Source: a virus
Taxonomy: Duplodnaviria; Caudoviricetes
Virus record (IMG/VR): IMGVR_UViG_2740892352_000003
Location: 1-64,000 of that record
Strand: one strand, 5' to 3'
DNA length: 64,000 nucleotides
Shown: in pieces, positions 9,759-19,433 of the stretch
Numbering within the stretch: the stretch's first letter is position 1
Layout of the letters: each line of letters starts with the position of its first letter
Position numbers and translations under genes: made by a program
The notes under the pieces: generated by a model
Databases searched by the model: none
The model's input: the letters and a program-made list of their open reading frames with translations, nothing else
What the model was told of the DNA's origin: nothing

Positions 9759-10172
9759 ATGGAGTTAAAATTTAGAGAATGGAATAAGAATGGTAAAGAA
9801 ATGTATTGTTATGATGAAATGGTGCGATATTCTAAAAATTTGCTTAGAGAGTGGGTTTATAGTGGTGTTTATTTACCAACAAGCAATGAAAATTTTGAGG
9901 TTATGATATACACAGGTTTGAAGGATTGTGATGGAAAAGAAATCTATGAAGGCGATATTGTTTTATGTAGAAGTAGATTTTTTACAGAGTTTGCAGGGGA
10001 GGTAAAATTTAAAGATGGTTGTTTTATTACAGTGAATGAAATGTCAGGAGATTGCTTTAGATTATCTGAACTTGCAATAGTTAAGGTTGATGGGAATATA
10101 TATGAAGATTTAAGTAAGTTAAATGATATAAGAAGATGTAATGATGGGGGTATTAGGGATGATAATAATTAG
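9759..10172 (+). CDS. YopX-family protein
   Basis: LKFREW...YTGLKDCDGKEIYEGDIV...GNIYE. Confidence 0.9.
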   Translation: MELKFREWNKNGKEMYCYDEMVRYSKNLLREWVYSGVYLPTSNENFEVMIYTGLKDCDGKEIYEGDIVLCRSRFFTEFAGEVKFKDGCFITVNEMSGDCFRLSELAIVKVDGNIYEDLSKLNDIRRCNDGGIRDDNN

Positions 10173-10416
10173 AAGTCAAGATAAAACAGATTTAGTGAAA
10201 GCTGATTGGATAAATGTTGATAAAGAATATGTATATGCCATGTTTGGAGAAATAAACAACTTTAAGGAAATAGGAAAATATGAGGATGAAAAAAGAGCTA
10301 TGCAGGTATTAGATAATATACAAAGATTTATTGAAGGTGGGACTAGAACGGACTCTATAGACAGTTATAAGGTTAGAAGTTATAGAAATAGAATATTTCA
10401 AATGCCAATTAAATAA
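10159..10416 (+). CDS. Phage hypothetical protein
   Basis: MIIIRSQDK...IFQMP, common clostridial phage ORF type. Confidence 0.6.
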   Translation: MIIIRSQDKTDLVKADWINVDKEYVYAMFGEINNFKEIGKYEDEKRAMQVLDNIQRFIEGGTRTDSIDSYKVRSYRNRIFQMPIK

Positions 10417-10429
10417 AGGGGGAAAGAAC

Positions 10430-10783
10430 ATGGCTAAAATTTGGATGGACGCAGGAGAATTGTTAGAAAAAACTATTGATATAGAAGATATGTTTGGATG
10501 TAATCTAAGTAAAATGAGAAATAAAAGTAAACAAAAAGGTTTAGTTGGTAGAACAAATTCTAAAGGTCAAGGAAGAAAAAGTAAGAAAGTAGAGTGTACT
10601 AACATTATTACTGGAGAGAGTAAAATATTTGTCAGTGCTGTCGAAGCAAGTAAATATTTATATTTTACAGAACTTCATATTACTCGTCTAGCAAGAACAG
10701 GAAAGACTACTAAAAATGGTTGGAAAGTTAGATATATTCAAGAGGTGTCAGATGGTATTAGCAAATGTGGAACAAGTAATTAA
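10430..10783 (+). CDS. NUMOD1-like DNA-binding phage protein
   Basis: KKVECTNIITGESKIFVSAVEASKYL. Confidence 0.55.
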   Translation: MAKIWMDAGELLEKTIDIEDMFGCNLSKMRNKSKQKGLVGRTNSKGQGRKSKKVECTNIITGESKIFVSAVEASKYLYFTELHITRLARTGKTTKNGWKVRYIQEVSDGISKCGTSN

Positions 10784-10904
10784 GTTAGCTGAAAAGATAT
10801 TAAATAAGAAAAAGTGTTCTGTTAATAAAGCTATTGATATAGCTATAAAAATATTGAGTAGGAATGAATATGAGGGGATATTGAAGATTAAATTAGGAAA
10901 ATAA
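10752..10904 (+). CDS. Phage hypothetical protein
   Basis: GAGGTG RBS, MVLANVEQVIK. Confidence 0.5.
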   Translation: MVLANVEQVIKLAEKILNKKKCSVNKAIDIAIKILSRNEYEGILKIKLGK

Positions 10905-10920
10905 TTTTAATTAAGGAGGC

Positions 10921-11121
10921 TTGATTATGTTGTATTTAGCAAGAATACAGTTTAAAAGAGAAGAAAATTCAAAGGTTGAAAGTGGATATATGATTGGGGA
11001 TGGTTTTACTAATTCATGCTTCTTAGATGAAGATTTTAATCCATTATCAAAAGATAAAGATGGTTTTTCACTTTATGACTATAGATTAGATTTTAAGAAT
11101 CCGTTAGAACTTAAATTATAA
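10921..11121 (+). CDS. Phage hypothetical protein
   Basis: AAGGAGG RBS. Confidence 0.55.
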   Translation: MIMLYLARIQFKREENSKVESGYMIGDGFTNSCFLDEDFNPLSKDKDGFSLYDYRLDFKNPLELKL

Positions 11122-11480
11122 AATTTTTTAGAGTATAAGGAGAAAATTGAAAATGAAAATACAAATGCAGTTAACTAAAGATAAAGAGAGTTTCGAATTT
11201 TGTGTAAATTCAGAAGAAGAAGAGATGGAGAAATTGTTTGATGAATTTGTATCACAAATGTTAGCTTGTAGAAGAAAAAATAAGAAAGTTCAAGGAGATA
11301 TTGAGAAATGAAATTAAAAGACATTATAAAACTTGGAGAAAAGTATTGTTATTGTCCTCGTTGTGGTAATGACAAGATTGGAAATAACGAAGGCAAATTA
11401 ATAGTTGAAGAACACACATACTATAGGGAATGTTCTTGTGGTTTTAATATATTAATTGATGATAGAAAGGATGAGATATA

Positions 11481-11720
11481 ATGCATATTTCAACGATTAT
11501 TTTGCTATTAATAGGAAGTTTTATAGCTGGTAGAGTTTATGAGAACCATTTGAGAACTGAAAACTGTGAAGAATGTGAAAGTATTAGAGAATTTATACAA
11601 TCTAATGAGCTGTGTGAGTATTGTTCAAAAGAAATTGATACATGTGATAAAAAATGTTACAAAAACATTTTGAAGAGAAGAAGAAAGTATTATATAGATG
11701 GAGAGGATATTGAAAAATGA
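11481..11720 (+). CDS. Small membrane-anchored Cys-rich phage protein
   Basis: Hydrophobic N-terminus, CxxC motifs. Confidence 0.55.
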   Translation: MHISTIILLLIGSFIAGRVYENHLRTENCEECESIREFIQSNELCEYCSKEIDTCDKKCYKNILKRRRKYYIDGEDIEK

Positions 11721-12121
11721 ATATCTTAGGAGGGTTAATGTTGTTAGGAATAGGCATTGTAGTTGGTAGGGTTTATGAGTATAGATTGAATCTGAAAGAG
11801 TGTGAAAATTGCGATAATATGAGAGGGCTTAAGAATGAATGATAGATTAGAAATGATAAATGCTTCTGTAAATTATATACAGATGATATGTGAAAGTTCA
11901 AATATAGCTATTATAGCAGAGCGAGGAAGAGTTAGAATATTAGATTTAGAAACTAAAGAAAAATATGATTTATTAAAAAATAAACTCGAGGAAATGTTAG
12001 AAGAAATATAAGTGAAAATATCTAATTAAAACAGTTTAGAGAGTTACAAAATATCTTTTAATATAAATTATTGTTTGAACGTTTTGTAACTCTCAAAAAT
12101 GAAAAATAAGGGGTGGGATAA

Positions 12122-12331
12122 GTGTATGAATATATACTTAGATGGCAGATAGGATTGTCATTAGAAAATAGAAAAATACATTACACATATGGAAGTAAAG
12201 ACGTTTTAAGAGAGAAAGCAAAGGTATTGGCTAAAGATGAAAATATAGTACTAATAACTATAGATAAGGTAGATGAAGTTATAAAAAACACGATAAGCGA
12301 AAAGATTATAGAACGTTTTGAAAATTTATAA
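12122..12331 (+). CDS. Phage hypothetical protein
   Basis: ORF with RBS. Confidence 0.55.
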   Translation: MYEYILRWQIGLSLENRKIHYTYGSKDVLREKAKVLAKDENIVLITIDKVDEVIKNTISEKIIERFENL

Positions 12332-12342
12332 GGGGTGGAATT

Positions 12343-13338
12343 ATGATAATACACAAATTTATAATACATGTTTTAGATAAGAATAGCGATACGCCGATAT
12401 TGAACGATTTTGAGGGCAGAGTTAATCAAGATATAGAAGCTTTCTTCAACAAGAAAATCAGCAAAGTATCTGGAGATAATGACATCAGAACAGCAGTATT
12501 TAATGACTATAGTAACAATCTAATTAAGAAGTGTTGTGAACAAATTATTTATGATGAAAGTTCATTTTTAAATAACTCTAAAGAGATTGCAGCTTATTTA
12601 TTTGATGTTATGAAGCTTAATGCTACATTAGAATCTTGCGACTTAGCAATTTGCTTATACTCTCAAAAAGATGAAAAGAGAGTTGCTATATTAAAGCTTG
12701 ATTACAATAAGTCGTATACTCATTCAATTGAGTTTAAAGATGATAAATTTAATATACAGATGTCTAAAAATGAAATTAATATACAAGAGACTAAAGCAAT
12801 TAAAATTGGTGCATTGATTGGATTAAGTGGAATTAATGACGAATATCATCTAAAAGTATTGGATAAAGATGCAGAGAAGGAAGGAGCTAATTCTAAGTTT
12901 GTTACAGAGTTTCTAAATGCTACTAAAGTGAAAGATGACAAGTACAAGACTAAGATGTTTAAAGCTTTTGTGGACTCTTATATAGCACATTTATATAGTG
13001 ATATGAAGCAGGGCGAAGATGTAAGAGGAATGTTACTTTATATGTTAAGAGAAAAACAAAAACTTGATATAAATGAGTTTGCTGATAAGGCGATAAAGGA
13101 TGATTTAAAAGAAAGTTTTAAGGACCATGCAGAAGAAAAAGGAATTGAAAGTTTTAATATTGATAAAAAATGGGTTGAGAAGAATTTAAAAAATAGACGT
13201 ATAAAAACAGATACAGGTTTTGAGATAAAAGGCAAGATGGATGATTTTGAGGATTTTATGAAGTATGGTATTAGACATAATGGAAATGGGACTATAGATA
13301 TAGTTATTAAAAATGTTCATTTCTATAATGAGAAGTAG
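12343..13338 (+). CDS. Nucleoid-associated protein (NdpA/YejK-like)
   Basis: IIHKFIIHVLDK N-terminus, AILKLDY, FVTEFL. Confidence 0.75.
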   Translation: MIIHKFIIHVLDKNSDTPILNDFEGRVNQDIEAFFNKKISKVSGDNDIRTAVFNDYSNNLIKKCCEQIIYDESSFLNNSKEIAAYLFDVMKLNATLESCDLAICLYSQKDEKRVAILKLDYNKSYTHSIEFKDDKFNIQMSKNEINIQETKAIKIGALIGLSGINDEYHLKVLDKDAEKEGANSKFVTEFLNATKVKDDKYKTKMFKAFVDSYIAHLYSDMKQGEDVRGMLLYMLREKQKLDINEFADKAIKDDLKESFKDHAEEKGIESFNIDKKWVEKNLKNRRIKTDTGFEIKGKMDDFEDFMKYGIRHNGNGTIDIVIKNVHFYNEK

Positions 13339-13346
13339 GTGCTCAT

Positions 13347-14072
13347 ATGAAATATGTAGCTAGTTTTAGTGGAGGAAAAGATTCAGCAGCAATGCTCCTT
13401 TTAATATTAGAAAAAAGGCTTCTGTTAGACGAGATTGTTTTTATAGATACAGGACTAGAATTTAAAGAAATTTATGATATAATAGATGATTTTGAGAAAA
13501 GAATAAACTTTAAAATAACAAGAATTAAAGCAGAAAAAACCTTTGAAGAATACTTTTATACTGTTAATAAACAAGGTAAGCGTAAAGGGCAAATATGGGG
13601 TTTTCCATACACCTTGGGAGCATGGTGTAATAGCAGATTAAAACTTGCTCCTGCCAATAAATATTTCAATTCGGTTGGAGAACATAAAAGGTACATTGGA
13701 ATTGCTTTTGATGAACCTAGCAGATACAAAAGACTAGAAAATAATTGTATAGCACCACTTTACGAAGCAAAAATGACTGAAAAAGATTGCTTGAAGTATT
13801 TAGAAGAAAAAGGCTTTTACTATGAGATTCATCATAGATTTAAACGAACTGGTTGCTATTTATGTCCTAAGCAAAGTTTAGAGAGTCTCAGAACATTGAG
13901 AAGATACTATCCTGATTTGTGGGGGGATATGCTTAAATTGGATAAAGATAGTCCTATACCTTTTAGAGCCAACGGGGTGACAGTGCATGACTTAGAAAAA
14001 CGATTTAGTAATGAAGATATAGAAAATGAAAGACAGATAAGTTTCTTTCAAACAGAGAAGGTGAGCATATGA
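13347..14072 (+). CDS. PAPS reductase-family (PP-loop) protein
   Basis: SFSGGKDS PP-loop, FIDTGLEF, WCNSRLK, RTGCYLCP. Confidence 0.9.
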   Translation: MKYVASFSGGKDSAAMLLLILEKRLLLDEIVFIDTGLEFKEIYDIIDDFEKRINFKITRIKAEKTFEEYFYTVNKQGKRKGQIWGFPYTLGAWCNSRLKLAPANKYFNSVGEHKRYIGIAFDEPSRYKRLENNCIAPLYEAKMTEKDCLKYLEEKGFYYEIHHRFKRTGCYLCPKQSLESLRTLRRYYPDLWGDMLKLDKDSPIPFRANGVTVHDLEKRFSNEDIENERQISFFQTEKVSI

Positions 14073-14271
14073 CTAATAAAGATATGTGCAAGGAAAAGAA
14101 TCTTGATGAAAGAGAAGTGTATAAGAAGTTTGGGAAAGAGATTTGTGGTAGCTGTATAAATAACATGAGAGATTGTGAAAGTAAAGATTGTGATACAGCA
14201 TATAAAAATTGGTTGGAGAAGGAAGTAGATAATAAGAAGGTGTAAGTTTAAACTAGTTAGGAGGTTAATTT

Positions 14272-14601
14272 ATGAATATTTTATTAGTGACTATACTACT
14301 AACAATTATTTGTGTATTAGCAAATTATGTGAAAAATCGTATATATAAAAAATCTATAAATAATTTAAAATATAAATATTCTGTAGGAGAAAAGATTATA
14401 TATCATCAAATAAACTGTTACTATAACAGAATGGTTGGTTGTGAAATTTTAGAAAAATGTTATAGTACGAAATTTAGAAAAAGAAATACCCCGCTTTATA
14501 AAGTAAAAGCATATGTAGGTGATAACAATACAACATGGGTTATACCAGAGTGGAGAATTGAATGTCTTGCTAAGACTTATGGAGAATTTCCTAAATATTA
14601 A
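14272..14601 (+). CDS. Membrane-anchored phage hypothetical protein
   Basis: AGGAGG RBS, hydrophobic N-terminus. Confidence 0.6.
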   Translation: MNILLVTILLTIICVLANYVKNRIYKKSINNLKYKYSVGEKIIYHQINCYYNRMVGCEILEKCYSTKFRKRNTPLYKVKAYVGDNNTTWVIPEWRIECLAKTYGEFPKY

Positions 14602-14717
14602 ATAATAAAAATTGGTTGGAGTATAAATAGTCAAGGTAAGTTTGTGAATGAAACTAGAATGTTATAGACTTACTTTGACTTATAAAAGGGAGTTTTTAAA
14701 AAATAGGAGGTAATAAA

Positions 14718-14891
14718 ATGAATAAATGTGAAGATTGCAAATATAGAGCTTATGAGGAAGATGGAGAAGTTTATTTTTACTCAGATGGAAGTTATGAAGG
14801 AGGTATATGTAGAGAAGAGTATTGTAGCAGAGGATATGAAAAAAAGTTTGAAAATAATGGAGAAAACTGTAAAAGTTTTAAAAAATTGTAG
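14718..14891 (+). CDS. Small Cys-rich phage protein (57 aa)
   Basis: AGGAGG RBS then MNKCEDCKYR; preferred over track ORF 14728. Confidence 0.6.
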   Translation: MNKCEDCKYRAYEEDGEVYFYSDGSYEGGICREEYCSRGYEKKFENNGENCKSFKKL

Positions 14892-14989
14892 GACCATAAA
14901 AAATAAAATAGAGTCATTGGTATTGCTATATTTTATTAAAAAATATAAAAAAGTTTTTGAGAAAATTAACTTTTAAAGGGTGTGAGCTT

Positions 14990-15205
14990 ATGATACATGA
15001 ATTGCAGATAGCTTCTAGTACTTTTAAAGATGTAATCAAGAATAAAAAACAAATTGAAGTAGAGTATACAACAGATTTTAAAGTAGGAGATACAGTCATA
15101 TTGCAGTCATTTAAGGATAAAAAATTTACAGGAATTGAGGTAAACAAAGAGATTGAGTATTTTGTTAAGCTTGGAAATGGGTATGTTGAGTTGGGAATAA
15201 AATAA
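14990..15205 (+). CDS. DUF3850/ASCH-like protein
   Basis: MIHELQI...DFKVGDTVIL...GYVELGIK. Confidence 0.65.
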   Translation: MIHELQIASSTFKDVIKNKKQIEVEYTTDFKVGDTVILQSFKDKKFTGIEVNKEIEYFVKLGNGYVELGIK

Positions 15206-15222
15206 AAATTTAAGGAGAAGTA

Positions 15223-15630
15223 ATGAGAGTTAATTTTACAATAGATGGAGAACCATTTGGCAAAGAAAGACCTAGATTTAATTTGGCTACTAAAAGGACC
15301 TATACACCACAGAAAACTAAGGACTATGAAGAATTAATAAAATGGTTATATCAATCTAAAGTTAGACATTATTTTACTGGATACATAAAAATGACTTTAA
15401 GATGTTATTACTCTATAGCAAAAAGTAACAGTAAAAAGATTAAAGAGCAGAAAAGAAATAATGTGTTAAGACCCAATAAAAAACCAGATATTGATAATGT
15501 GGTCAAGATTATAGCTGATTCACTCAATGAGATAGCTTATAAAGATGATACGCAGATTGTTGAGGTTGTAGCTAGTAAATATTACAGTGATAAACCAAGA
15601 GTTGAGGTTATATTAGAAGATGTTATTTAA
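15223..15630 (+). CDS. rusA: RusA-family Holliday junction resolvase
   Basis: GKERPRF, KKPDIDNVVKIIADSLN, AYKDDTQIV. Confidence 0.92.
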   Translation: MRVNFTIDGEPFGKERPRFNLATKRTYTPQKTKDYEELIKWLYQSKVRHYFTGYIKMTLRCYYSIAKSNSKKIKEQKRNNVLRPNKKPDIDNVVKIIADSLNEIAYKDDTQIVEVVASKYYSDKPRVEVILEDVI

Positions 15631-15731
15631 CCAACGGAAAAATCCGTTCGTTAGATTAGGTACTCAGTTTTTCATAAAAATGTGAAAAAGCTGAATAGAG
15701 AATATATCAAATGGTAAAGGAGAGATAAATT

Positions 15732-16580
15732 ATGAATGAAAATATAAATAAAGAAATAACAGTACTTGGAACTTTAGAAATCGAGGGAATGAAATTTCAT
15801 AACATTGAGGGTGGATTTGGAGAACATAAGAAAGCAATGCTAGTAAAAGATATAGCTGAGATACATAATAGAGAATCTAGACAGATTAATGAGCTTATAA
15901 ATAAGAATAGAAAAAGATTTAAAGATGGAAAAGATATATTAGATTTGTTAGGTGTCGGTTTGGACGATACCAAAATAAAAGAATTAGGATTTACTCAACA
16001 ATCAATTAATTCTTATAGAGGGTTAAAAAACAAAGGGTTATTATCTGGGATTTATATATTATCTGAAAGAGGTTATGCAAAATTATTAAAAATATTAGAA
16101 GATGATATAGCTTGGGAATTATATGAGAAGTTAGTTGATGGATATTTCTCTATGAGAAAAGAACTAAATAATCCTCTTTTAAGTGCATCAAAGGAGTTAC
16201 AAGCTATATTTATGCTAGATAAGAAACAAGAAGTCTTAGAAACTAAAATAGAGAATGTTAATGAGAAGTTAGAGAACTTTATGGATGATGCACCATTATT
16301 CAATATCGAGTGTGAGTGTATTGTTAAAGAGGTTAAGAGAGTAGCAACAAAATCACTTGGTGGACATGGAAGTAAGGCTTATAAAAATAAATCTTTAAGA
16401 GGTAAAGTTTATAGTGATATATACCATCAGATTAAACGAGAATTTGGAGTAGATAGTTATAAGGCTATAAAGCGTTGTCAATTAGATAAAGTATTAGAGA
16501 TTGTAAATAGTTATAAGTTACCTATAGTGTTTGAAGAAGAAATAAGACTTTTGAATAGTCAACTATCAATAGTAAGTTAA
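15732..16580 (+). CDS. ORF6N/ORF6C antirepressor-like protein
   Basis: YILSERGYAKL; IKREFGVDSYKAIKR C-terminus. Confidence 0.8.
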   Translation: MNENINKEITVLGTLEIEGMKFHNIEGGFGEHKKAMLVKDIAEIHNRESRQINELINKNRKRFKDGKDILDLLGVGLDDTKIKELGFTQQSINSYRGLKNKGLLSGIYILSERGYAKLLKILEDDIAWELYEKLVDGYFSMRKELNNPLLSASKELQAIFMLDKKQEVLETKIENVNEKLENFMDDAPLFNIECECIVKEVKRVATKSLGGHGSKAYKNKSLRGKVYSDIYHQIKREFGVDSYKAIKRCQLDKVLEIVNSYKLPIVFEEEIRLLNSQLSIVS

Positions 16581-16669
16581 AAGAAAAAAGGAGTGCTTTC
16601 ACACTCCACTTGTCAAAAATATAAAGCTTTTATCCAAGATTATTATAACATAAACAGGAGTGTGGAAGT

Positions 16670-17158
16670 ATGGATAATAATATCAATAAAAAAGAACTAT
16701 TTAAAAAAGTAGAAGGTAGACTACATCATTATAAATTTTTAAGTGCAGAAATTAAAAATCTTGAATTAGATATAGAAAGTAGAGAAAATGAGATATTTGG
16801 GTGTAAGGCTGTTGGATATGATGAAAAAGTAAGTCCAACATATGCTTTTAATTCAAGTGTGGAGAATGAGATTATAAAAAAAGAAAGAGATATTACTAGA
16901 TTGAAAAAACTGAAAAAAGATAAGGAAATTGAAAAGAAGAAAATAGAAAATGCACTTACATGCTTAGATATAAGAGAAGAACATTTTTTTAAACTGTTTT
17001 ATAATAGCAGAATGAAAAATAGTATGGTTTATATATCCTTAGAGATGAACTCAGATAGAAAAACATGTAGATGTGTGAGGGAAAGATTAGTGTATAAAAT
17101 TATGGATATGCTTTATCCAAGAATTAAGGAAAATGAACTACCATTATTTAAAAATTAG
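16670..17158 (+). CDS. Late transcriptional activator (ArpU/RinA-like)
   Basis: Last early gene before packaging module; C-terminal sigma-region-4-like helix; followed by direct repeats. Confidence 0.75.
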   Translation: MDNNINKKELFKKVEGRLHHYKFLSAEIKNLELDIESRENEIFGCKAVGYDEKVSPTYAFNSSVENEIIKKERDITRLKKLKKDKEIEKKKIENALTCLDIREEHFFKLFYNSRMKNSMVYISLEMNSDRKTCRCVRERLVYKIMDMLYPRIKENELPLFKN

Positions 17159-17162
17159 AAAA

Positions 17163-17244
17163 TTCCCCAGTTTTTCCCCAGAAATTCCCACTTTATTCCC
17201 TACTTTCTCCCCTTTTTGATTAAAAAAGCATGAGATAATAGTAT
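17163..17244 (+). promoter_or_regulatory. Late promoter with five 11-bp-phased TTCCC repeats
   Basis: Repeats at 17163, 17174, 17185, 17196, 17207; -35 TTGATT 17216, -10 TAGTAT 17239. Confidence 0.7.
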
Positions 17245-17316
17245 TGTGGAAATAAAGATTTCCCTCTCAAAACTAAATAATTGCTAGGTTAGTTTAAAGG
17301 GCTAATCTAGCAATAT

Positions 17317-17370
17317 GAACAGACTAGGCAGGGCGTGAGGACGCTGTTAGTTCAATTCTAACTATGTTCA
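17317..17370 (+). ncRNA. tRNA-like mini RNA 1 (acceptor stem + T-arm, no anticodon loop)
   Basis: T-arm GTTAG-TTCAATT-CTAAC; acceptor GAACAGA/TATGTTC (one mismatch); internal GGCGT-GAGG-ACGCT hairpin. Confidence 0.55.
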
Positions 17371-17486
17371 AAATCTATTGATACACTATATTAAGTATTT
17401 GAATTAAGATTAAAATCTCATACAGTTTTGTATCTTAATTCAGAAATCTAAAAAATCGGGTGGGGCTTGGTAACCTCACTCACCAT

Positions 17487-17530
17487 GCAGGTAGTGGTTT
17501 AATCTAGGTTCGATTCCTAGAACTTGCTCC
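17487..17530 (+). ncRNA. tRNA-like mini RNA 2 (acceptor stem + D-loop motif + T-arm)
   Basis: T-arm CTAGG-TTCGATT-CCTAG; acceptor GCAGGT/ACTTGC; linker AGTGGTTTAA; followed by T-CC. Confidence 0.55.
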
Positions 17531-17691
17531 CTTAATAATATGTATCCCCCATTAAAAAGGCTTAGATTAATTTCTAGGTCTTTTTTATACAAAAATTTAA
17601 TAAGTTTTAGATATCAGTAACTCTGATAACAGAAAATAAGGGTGTTCAAGTTGAGCACCCTTTATTAATAACTAATTTAGGAGGTAGTAGT

Positions 17692-18369
17692 ATGTTGAAA
17701 ATTTTACAAGATAAAAATGTAAAAGTAATGTGGTCCAAAAATGGAGAAGAAGTTTGGTTTAATGCAAATGACGTAGGAGAGGAACTAGGCATAGTAAATA
17801 TTCGTGATACATTAAGAAATATAGATAGAGAATATAAAAAGAAATTTAATGAGTCTACTGTCGGAGATTCCTACACTAGAAACTTTAAAGATAAATTACC
17901 TAACTTCGGTACTACTTTTGTTACAGAAGAAGCTGTGTACAATATGTCATTTAGAAGTAATAAACCAGAAGCAAAGTTATTTACAAAATGGGTTACACAA
18001 ACACTTAAACAAATTAGAATACATGGTTATTACATTGCTACAGAAAAAGACCAAGAATGGCTGGATATAAGAGCAGAGGGTAAAAAGGTAAGAAAAGATT
18101 TTACAGATGAAATACAAGAGTTTGTTTATTATGCTACTAGTCAAGGAAGTAATAAACCTCAGATGTATTATAAACATTTTACTGAACTTGTAAGAAAAAA
18201 ATTAGGTATACCAAAAGGTGTGAAAAGGGATGAATTAAATCAAAGTGAATTGTTTGATATACAAGCACTCGAAAGAATTATATCTATGAAATTACCTAAG
18301 CTAATAGATAAAGATATGAATTATAAAGAGGTATATAAAAAGATTAAAGAGTTAATAGAAATGATTTAA
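17692..18369 (+). CDS. BRO-N domain protein
   Basis: EVWFNANDVGEELG...FRSNKPEAKLFTKWV. Confidence 0.85.
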   Translation: MLKILQDKNVKVMWSKNGEEVWFNANDVGEELGIVNIRDTLRNIDREYKKKFNESTVGDSYTRNFKDKLPNFGTTFVTEEAVYNMSFRSNKPEAKLFTKWVTQTLKQIRIHGYYIATEKDQEWLDIRAEGKKVRKDFTDEIQEFVYYATSQGSNKPQMYYKHFTELVRKKLGIPKGVKRDELNQSELFDIQALERIISMKLPKLIDKDMNYKEVYKKIKELIEMI

Positions 18370-18512
18370 ATGACTGTCTTGATGGATGGTCTTTTTTTAT
18401 ATAATAAATTAAATAAGTGTATTATTTAGAATTATTTTGTAGTTGTCGAATAGTTTTTGAAGGATATTGACCTTTGAAGTTGAATTATATACTTTATAAG
18501 GAGGTGACTATT

Positions 18513-18680
18513 ATGTCTGATGGAAAAATATGTGTTTCTTGTCAAAGAACAATTGCAGATGTAGCTACAGAGCTTACAATAGCATATATGGAAAATGCTT
18601 CTTTAACTCCAGAAAAAATTGCTGAAATATATAAGTTATTTTATAAAAATGCAAATGAAGCGTTTAATGGTAAATTCTAA
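18513..18680 (+). CDS. Small moron protein (55 aa) with own promoter and terminator
   Basis: TATACT -10, AAGGAGGT RBS, AAGAACTCT/AGAGTTCTT hairpin + T-run downstream. Confidence 0.65.
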   Translation: MSDGKICVSCQRTIADVATELTIAYMENASLTPEKIAEIYKLFYKNANEAFNGKF

Positions 18681-18746
18681 AAGATTAAGAACTCTAACCA
18701 GAGTTCTTTTTTTGTTCCCAAAACGACAAACAAACGAGGTGGTGGT

Positions 18747-19433
18747 ATGAATGAAAAGGCAGATTTAGCTCATGAAGATTACTTAAAAGGGCTTAAGTAC
18801 AAGGAAATAGCTGAAAAGTATAATGTAAGTTTATCGACTGTAAAATCATGGGCAACTAGATACTGGAAACAAAAAGGTTGCAACCAATCAAAAAAAGTTG
18901 CAACCAAAAAGAGAGGTGCACCCATAGGTAATAAAAACGCTACTGGTCCACCAGGTAATAAAAATGCTGAAAAATTTGGTTTCTTCTCAAAATACTTACC
19001 TGAAGAAACCCAAGACTTAATTAATGAGATAAAGGATAAAGATAAATTTGATATTCTTTGGGAACAGATAACAATACAATATGCAGCAATAATAAGAGCA
19101 CAAAAGATAATGTATGTTAAAGACAAGGAAGAAATGGTTAAAGAATTAAAGAAATATGAAAGCACAGAAAATGGTGAAAAGATAGAGTATGAATTTCAAT
19201 TTGCATGGGATAGGCAAGCATCTTTTCTTAATGCACAGAGTAGGGCAATGAGTGAGTTAAGGAGTTTAATTAAACAATATGATGAAATGATTCATAAGGA
19301 TTGGAATTTAGCTACAGAGGAGCAAAGAGCAAGAGTAGAAGTATTAAAATCAAAGATAAATAATCAAGAAAGTAAAGAAGATAAACTTGATAGATATTTT
19401 GATAAACTCGAAAGTGTGATAAAAAATGATTGA
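18747..19433 (+). CDS. Terminase small subunit
   Basis: N-terminal HTH, GAPIGNKNA/PGNKNAEKFG repeats, precedes TerL. Confidence 0.9.
   Translation: MNEKADLAHEDYLKGLKYKEIAEKYNVSLSTVKSWATRYWKQKGCNQSKKVATKKRGAPIGNKNATGPPGNKNAEKFGFFSKYLPEETQDLINEIKDKDKFDILWEQITIQYAAIIRAQKIMYVKDKEEMVKELKKYESTENGEKIEYEFQFAWDRQASFLNAQSRAMSELRSLIKQYDEMIHKDWNLATEEQRARVEVLKSKINNQESKEDKLDRYFDKLESVIKND

Noticed and set aside
14728-14976. Track ORF of 82 aa
   Set aside because: No RBS; overlapping 14718-14891 has AGGAGG and a Cys-rich product.
17317-17530. Annotating true tRNA genes
   Set aside because: No anticodon arm or D-stem and only ~42-54 nt; kept as tRNA-like ncRNA.
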